Source: Anaeromyxobacteraceae bacterium
Lineage (GTDB): Bacteria > Myxococcota > Myxococcia > Myxococcales > Anaeromyxobacteraceae
DNA: 64,000 nt
NCBI GenBank assembly: GCA_047602405.1
Contig: JASGHJ010000001.1
Coordinates: 32,001 to 96,000, forward strand
Direction: 5' to 3'
Shown here: positions 60,616 through 64,000 of the stretch, piece after piece
Layout: every line of letters begins with the position of its first letter
Numbering within the stretch: position 1 is the first letter of the stretch
The notes under the pieces: generated by a model
Database searches by the model: none
What the model saw: the letters and a program-made list of their open reading frames with translations, nothing else
What the model was told of the DNA's origin: nothing
Translations under genes and position numbers: made by a program

Positions 60616-61612
60616 CTATTTCGTTGCGTAAGGGCACAACGCAGGTGCGCACGTGAGGCACGGCCGGGGCGCGGTGCGGCGCGAGCAGGGATCGACACGC
60701 GCATCTCGGTTGGACTTGGAGCAGAACGCGTAGAGGGCCTCCTGCACGAGTCGCGGTGAGTGGCGCGGTAGACCAGAACCGAACTCGCGCAAGTCCAGCT
60801 CGCGAGCCAGGGCACGTAGCCAGCGCTCTCGGGCGGCGTAGGTCTTCGCTCCTCGATGGTCGCGCAGCTGATCCACGGCCCACGCAACGTTCGTGTCCAC
60901 GACGACGAGGTCGTTCCCGTCCACCTCGGGGAACCACGGAGAGAGGCCCGGCGCGAGTGCGGGCGTCGAAAGCAGACTCACGAAAAGTGTCGCGAGTTTC
61001 CGACCAACGCGGTGAACCTCGGAGAGGTGTTCAACAAGTAGCTCGGCCCGCCTCCTAGGAGAGGGGTCCGCTTCACGGACTGAGGCAAGAAGTCGGCCGA
61101 ATCCACCGTAACCCGCGAGCAGCAGAAGGGCCGAGGAAGGGATTCTTGCCCATGTCCCCTGTTCGTCGGAACGCAACGGTCGCGTCCTTAACGTGGCAAG
61201 GAAGACGTGGATGCAGCCCGCAGGTCACGCGACCGCCACCCTTGCGGACATCGCAAGTGGAGTCGAACTCGCACTTTGATGCCAGAGCTTCGCAGGAGTG
61301 ATGCTTGATGGCGGACCGGAGGAAGGCCAGGTCAGCAACGGGCCGAACGGCAGCGCGTGGTGCGGTCAACTGCCGACGCATGACGACCACATCGCGTTGG
61401 GCCTGATACATCGAAAGCGTGACGAAGAAGCGGAAGAGTGCGTCCTCGCACCCGCGCGCGAGGCGCGTCGCATCGACGGCGAAGGAGCCGACTCGGCGTG
61501 GGTCGCAGTAGAAGGGAAGAGGCGAGGGTTCTGTCCGACGCACGTCGAAGTGCCACCTGACGACGGCACGGAGTGCGTCGAGGGTTCTGCGTCGTCGAGT
61601 TACTCTGGTCAT
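60616..61612 (-). pseudogene. Cys-rich HhH-GPD DNA-glycosylase-like gene, frameshifted near 61145
   Basis: EVHRVGRKLA (HhH), VVVDTNV (catalytic Asp region) and a C-terminal Cys cluster. The frames join as GDMGK|IPSSA. Confidence 0.6.
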
Positions 61613-61648
61613 CCTTCGAGTGTCGGGTCTGGATGTCAGTGTAACGTA

Positions 61649-62485
61649 ATGCCCGACCAACCTACCTCTGAACCTCTTCGCCGTCCCTCATCCATCGCCT
61701 TCGTCGCTGACCTCGGGGATGCCCTCTTGGCGCGCGCCCGCGTTCAGCACGACAAGGGAGTCGGTCCGTTTAGCGCTGCTCGCACTGGCCTCGACGCAGC
61801 CGACCAGATGATTCGGTCCTGGTGGGGGGTCTCGGTCCTCACTTCAGCCCACGATGCGGAGGTGACCGCGTTCGCCGTTCAGATCGCGTACGCCACTAGC
61901 AAAGTGGACGGCAGGGTCTTGTGGCTGAGCCTTTCGGGCGAAGTCGAACGGCCGGTGTTCTACCTATTAACGGCGCTTTCCGGCGTGCCGTACCGATCGC
62001 TGTTCATCGAACGTACACTGGGGTCGGCTGAGTGGTCCGCCCTCGCATCGGCGCGCGAGGACATCGAGTCGTTGCCCGTGATGGTGGCCGACTGCCACGG
62101 CATGTCAGCCAGTGGAGTGCGCCTTGTCTGTGCCGAGGCAGCGTGTGGAATGCCCCTTGACCTCGTTATCGTAGATGGTGTCCGGCCGGGCGATGTTCGC
62201 GCCCTGGAGTCCTTGGAAGTCCTCTCAGAGGAGTTGGGCGTGCCGGTCTTGGTTCTCGCGCCTAGTGACGCCGACGCGACCCTCGGCGACTCGGAAGGAT
62301 GGACGGCGAGCCTCCGCCAAGGCTCTTTCGTCTTCCAGGTGAAGACCGAGGGGACGACAGGCGATCGATCGAGCCCCCATGTCGTGTCCGGGTTTGTCGC
62401 CGTCAACAGGGTCGGTCTTGCGCACCTCGCCTCCGTCCCGATCGCATTCGACCGCAGCTGTCGAAGGTTCTCAGGACTTGGTTAG
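61649..62485 (+). CDS. Degenerate DnaB-like helicase C-terminal domain
   Basis: TGL...D, VLWLSL, LDLVIVD, L..ELGVPVLVLA. Walker A is replaced by AHDAEVTAFA. Confidence 0.6.
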   Translation: MPDQPTSEPLRRPSSIAFVADLGDALLARARVQHDKGVGPFSAARTGLDAADQMIRSWWGVSVLTSAHDAEVTAFAVQIAYATSKVDGRVLWLSLSGEVERPVFYLLTALSGVPYRSLFIERTLGSAEWSALASAREDIESLPVMVADCHGMSASGVRLVCAEAACGMPLDLVIVDGVRPGDVRALESLEVLSEELGVPVLVLAPSDADATLGDSEGWTASLRQGSFVFQVKTEGTTGDRSSPHVVSGFVAVNRVGLAHLASVPIAFDRSCRRFSGLG

Positions 62486-62490
62486 GCCGA

Positions 62491-63315
62491 TCACTTCCCG
62501 CGCGGCGTGGCACTTCTCAAGTTGAAGGCTTCGACCATATGCGAGGGCGTCTTCAACTCTGACAGTTCGACTGGAGCATTCCTCGTCAGCGCCATCCAGA
62601 ACTCGGACGCGATTCGCGCGTCGGACTCGTCCCACCCGAAGGTTTCGCGGAAGACGCGATTAACAACCGCCTTCGACCGCTGAGGCGTCTTTAGGACGGA
62701 TGGTTTCGTCCGGCCCGACTTCAAGCGTCTCCTCCGGTTTCGAATTTGAGTGTCAGATCTGTTTAGGACTTTACCCAGCGCGGTAGCGGCGGCGGCGATT
62801 TGCCCGCCTGACTCCGACACTTCCTGTGCGGTTAGCACTAGCTCGTCGAGCTCGTCTTCGAACAGGAATAGGCCGTTACTGGTCCACAGGTCACGAATCG
62901 CCAGCTGGCGATCGTGCGCATTCTGTTGTGGCATTCGATAGATGGCGATGAGGCCCTCGAACAAGACGGAACTCAGGGCGAGGGCGCGCTCGTGATTCAT
63001 GCGTCTAGAACGGGCCGAAAGAACCTTCGACACTTTCGCCAGGTCACGCCATGCATCCAGGTCGGCGTTCTTCACGTTCGCATTCGGAGTGTCCAGGGCA
63101 GCGATGCAGTAGTCCATGCCGAGCCGCGCAACACCGGCGAGGATTCCCTCCACAAGCTCGGCCCGGGTCGCCGGGACTGCCGATCGCTTCAGCGCTCGTT
63201 CGAGAGCCGGTGCGAACTCGTCGGACCCCTCGTTCAAGAACGGCAGACGCGCGAGTCCTTCGCGCCAACCCTGCTTCGGCTTGCCTTGGTAGCCACCCTT
63301 GGAACGTTTGGTCAT
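62491..63315 (-). CDS. Hypothetical protein, possible C-terminal HTH
   Basis: Long helical ORF next to attR. AATALGKVLNRSDTQIRNRRRRL. Confidence 0.55.
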   Translation of the reverse strand: MTKRSKGGYQGKPKQGWREGLARLPFLNEGSDEFAPALERALKRSAVPATRAELVEGILAGVARLGMDYCIAALDTPNANVKNADLDAWRDLAKVSKVLSARSRRMNHERALALSSVLFEGLIAIYRMPQQNAHDRQLAIRDLWTSNGLFLFEDELDELVLTAQEVSESGGQIAAAATALGKVLNRSDTQIRNRRRRLKSGRTKPSVLKTPQRSKAVVNRVFRETFGWDESDARIASEFWMALTRNAPVELSELKTPSHMVEAFNLRSATPRGK

Positions 63316-63498
63316 GTGGGCCTTGTTCGCGCTCGCGTCTGACACTGTCAAGAGGCAACGGCGGTTTCCACCCGGCGGGGCCACTGCGGGGCCACAGACC
63401 CATCAAAACCTGCAAGGTTGGCAAGGATCGGCGATATTGATGCCGTCGCAAGTCGTTGATTCTTCTCCTCGGCAAGGTCAATGTGTTCACTCGTGGTA

Positions 63499-63543
63499 AC
63501 TACGAATCCGAAGGCCAGAGGTTCGTATCCTCTAGGGGCCCGC
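63499..63543 (+). repeat. attR, degenerate copy of the tRNA-Arg 3' half
   Basis: ACTACGAATCCGAAGGCCAGAGGTTCGTATCCTCTAGGGGCCCGC: one substitution and one insertion relative to attL. Confidence 0.9.
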
Positions 63544-63547
63544 ATCT

Positions 63548-63599
63548 GAAGAGGCCGGACTTCAACGGTTTTCCGTTGACAGTCCGGCCTCTTCCTTTT
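63548..63599 (+). terminator. Long hairpin terminator after attR
   Basis: GAAGAGGCCGGACT/AGTCCGGCCTCTTC stem with inner TCAACGG/CCGTTGA, followed by CTTTT. Confidence 0.7.
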
Positions 63600-63611
63600 G
63601 GCCCTCCGCGC

Positions 63612-64000
63612 TCAACGAACGCGCCAACCCGAAATGATCGTTCCCGATAGGGTTGAGCCCTCTTTCCCCTTCTTGAACAGCTGCTGGGTGAGCGCCTCTA
63701 CGAAAGCGCTTGCCTGCCCCTTTTGCCAGGGAAACCCCTTGGTGTCCTTCAGGTCGCGACGGGCAGTATTCACCACCACGATGGAGAACCCCAGAGAAGC
63801 CGTACTCCGAACGCCGTGGCAAGGAGACCAAGAACCGTCGCGCCGCCTCCTCCCGTTAGGGCCGAGAGGCCAATGAGGGCGAGCAGGATCCCGAGGATTA
63901 TCGAGCGGGAGGTGTCGAGCCGAACAGACGTTACGTGCTGCAGTGGGATGTCCTCTCGCGAACCCCCGCCAACCATCCCTTCGCACGGAAGTAGATCACG
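63612..64000 (-). pseudogene. Membrane protein gene fragment, frameshifted near 63780, 5' end outside the window
   Basis: DIPLQHVTSV plus two TM helices in one frame, continuing VVVNTA...PWQ in another. Confidence 0.45.

Larger units (their letters stand above)
34210..63543. mobile_element. ~29 kb integrative genomic island in tRNA-Arg(ACG)
   Basis: The tRNA 3' half is directly repeated at both ends, an integrase sits next to the tRNA, GC drops, and ISs and defence-type genes cluster inside. Confidence 0.92.

Noticed and set aside
51420..61150. Programmed ribosomal frameshifting at the split sites near 51428 and 61145
   Set aside because: No slippery heptamer or homopolymer run at either junction. 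Mutation or sequencing error is more likely.
34256..63498. Prophage or conjugative ICE
   Set aside because: No recognisable capsid, terminase, tail, lysis, T4SS or coupling-protein genes.

Overview
This is a GC-rich myxobacterial chromosome segment, probably Anaeromyxobacter-like (inferred from the pomYZX operon). Positions 1-34.2 kb are core genes: sthA, hydrolases, pomY-pomZ-pomX, an MFS transporter, a CNNM/CorC-family protein, tldD/pmbA, serS, two ECF sigma/anti-sigma modules, several kinases, and a tRNA-Ser(TGA)/Ser(GCT)/Arg(ACG) cluster. About 11 copies of a REP-like palindrome lie in this part, four of them in frame inside genes. Positions ~34.2-63.5 kb are a ~29 kb lower-GC island integrated in tRNA-Arg(ACG), with attL at 34210-34253 and a degenerate attR at 63499-63543. 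The island backbone is a tyrosine integrase, an excisionase and an HUH Rep-like ORF. Its cargo looks defensive: a SapI-like HNH type IIS endonuclease with a fused double methyltransferase, a caspase-like (DUF6642-like) protein coupled to a metallophosphoesterase, a UDG-fold protein with a P-loop ATPase, a frameshifted PD-(D/E)XK gene, a frameshifted HhH-GPD glycosylase-like gene, and a Walker-A-less DnaB-like ORF. Five IS insertions (four IS21-family copies of three types, one IS630) are nested in the island. Swapped target duplications show that 41716-55774 was inverted between two apparently identical 2660-bp IS21 copies. All family assignments come from motif recognition by eye; no database search was run.
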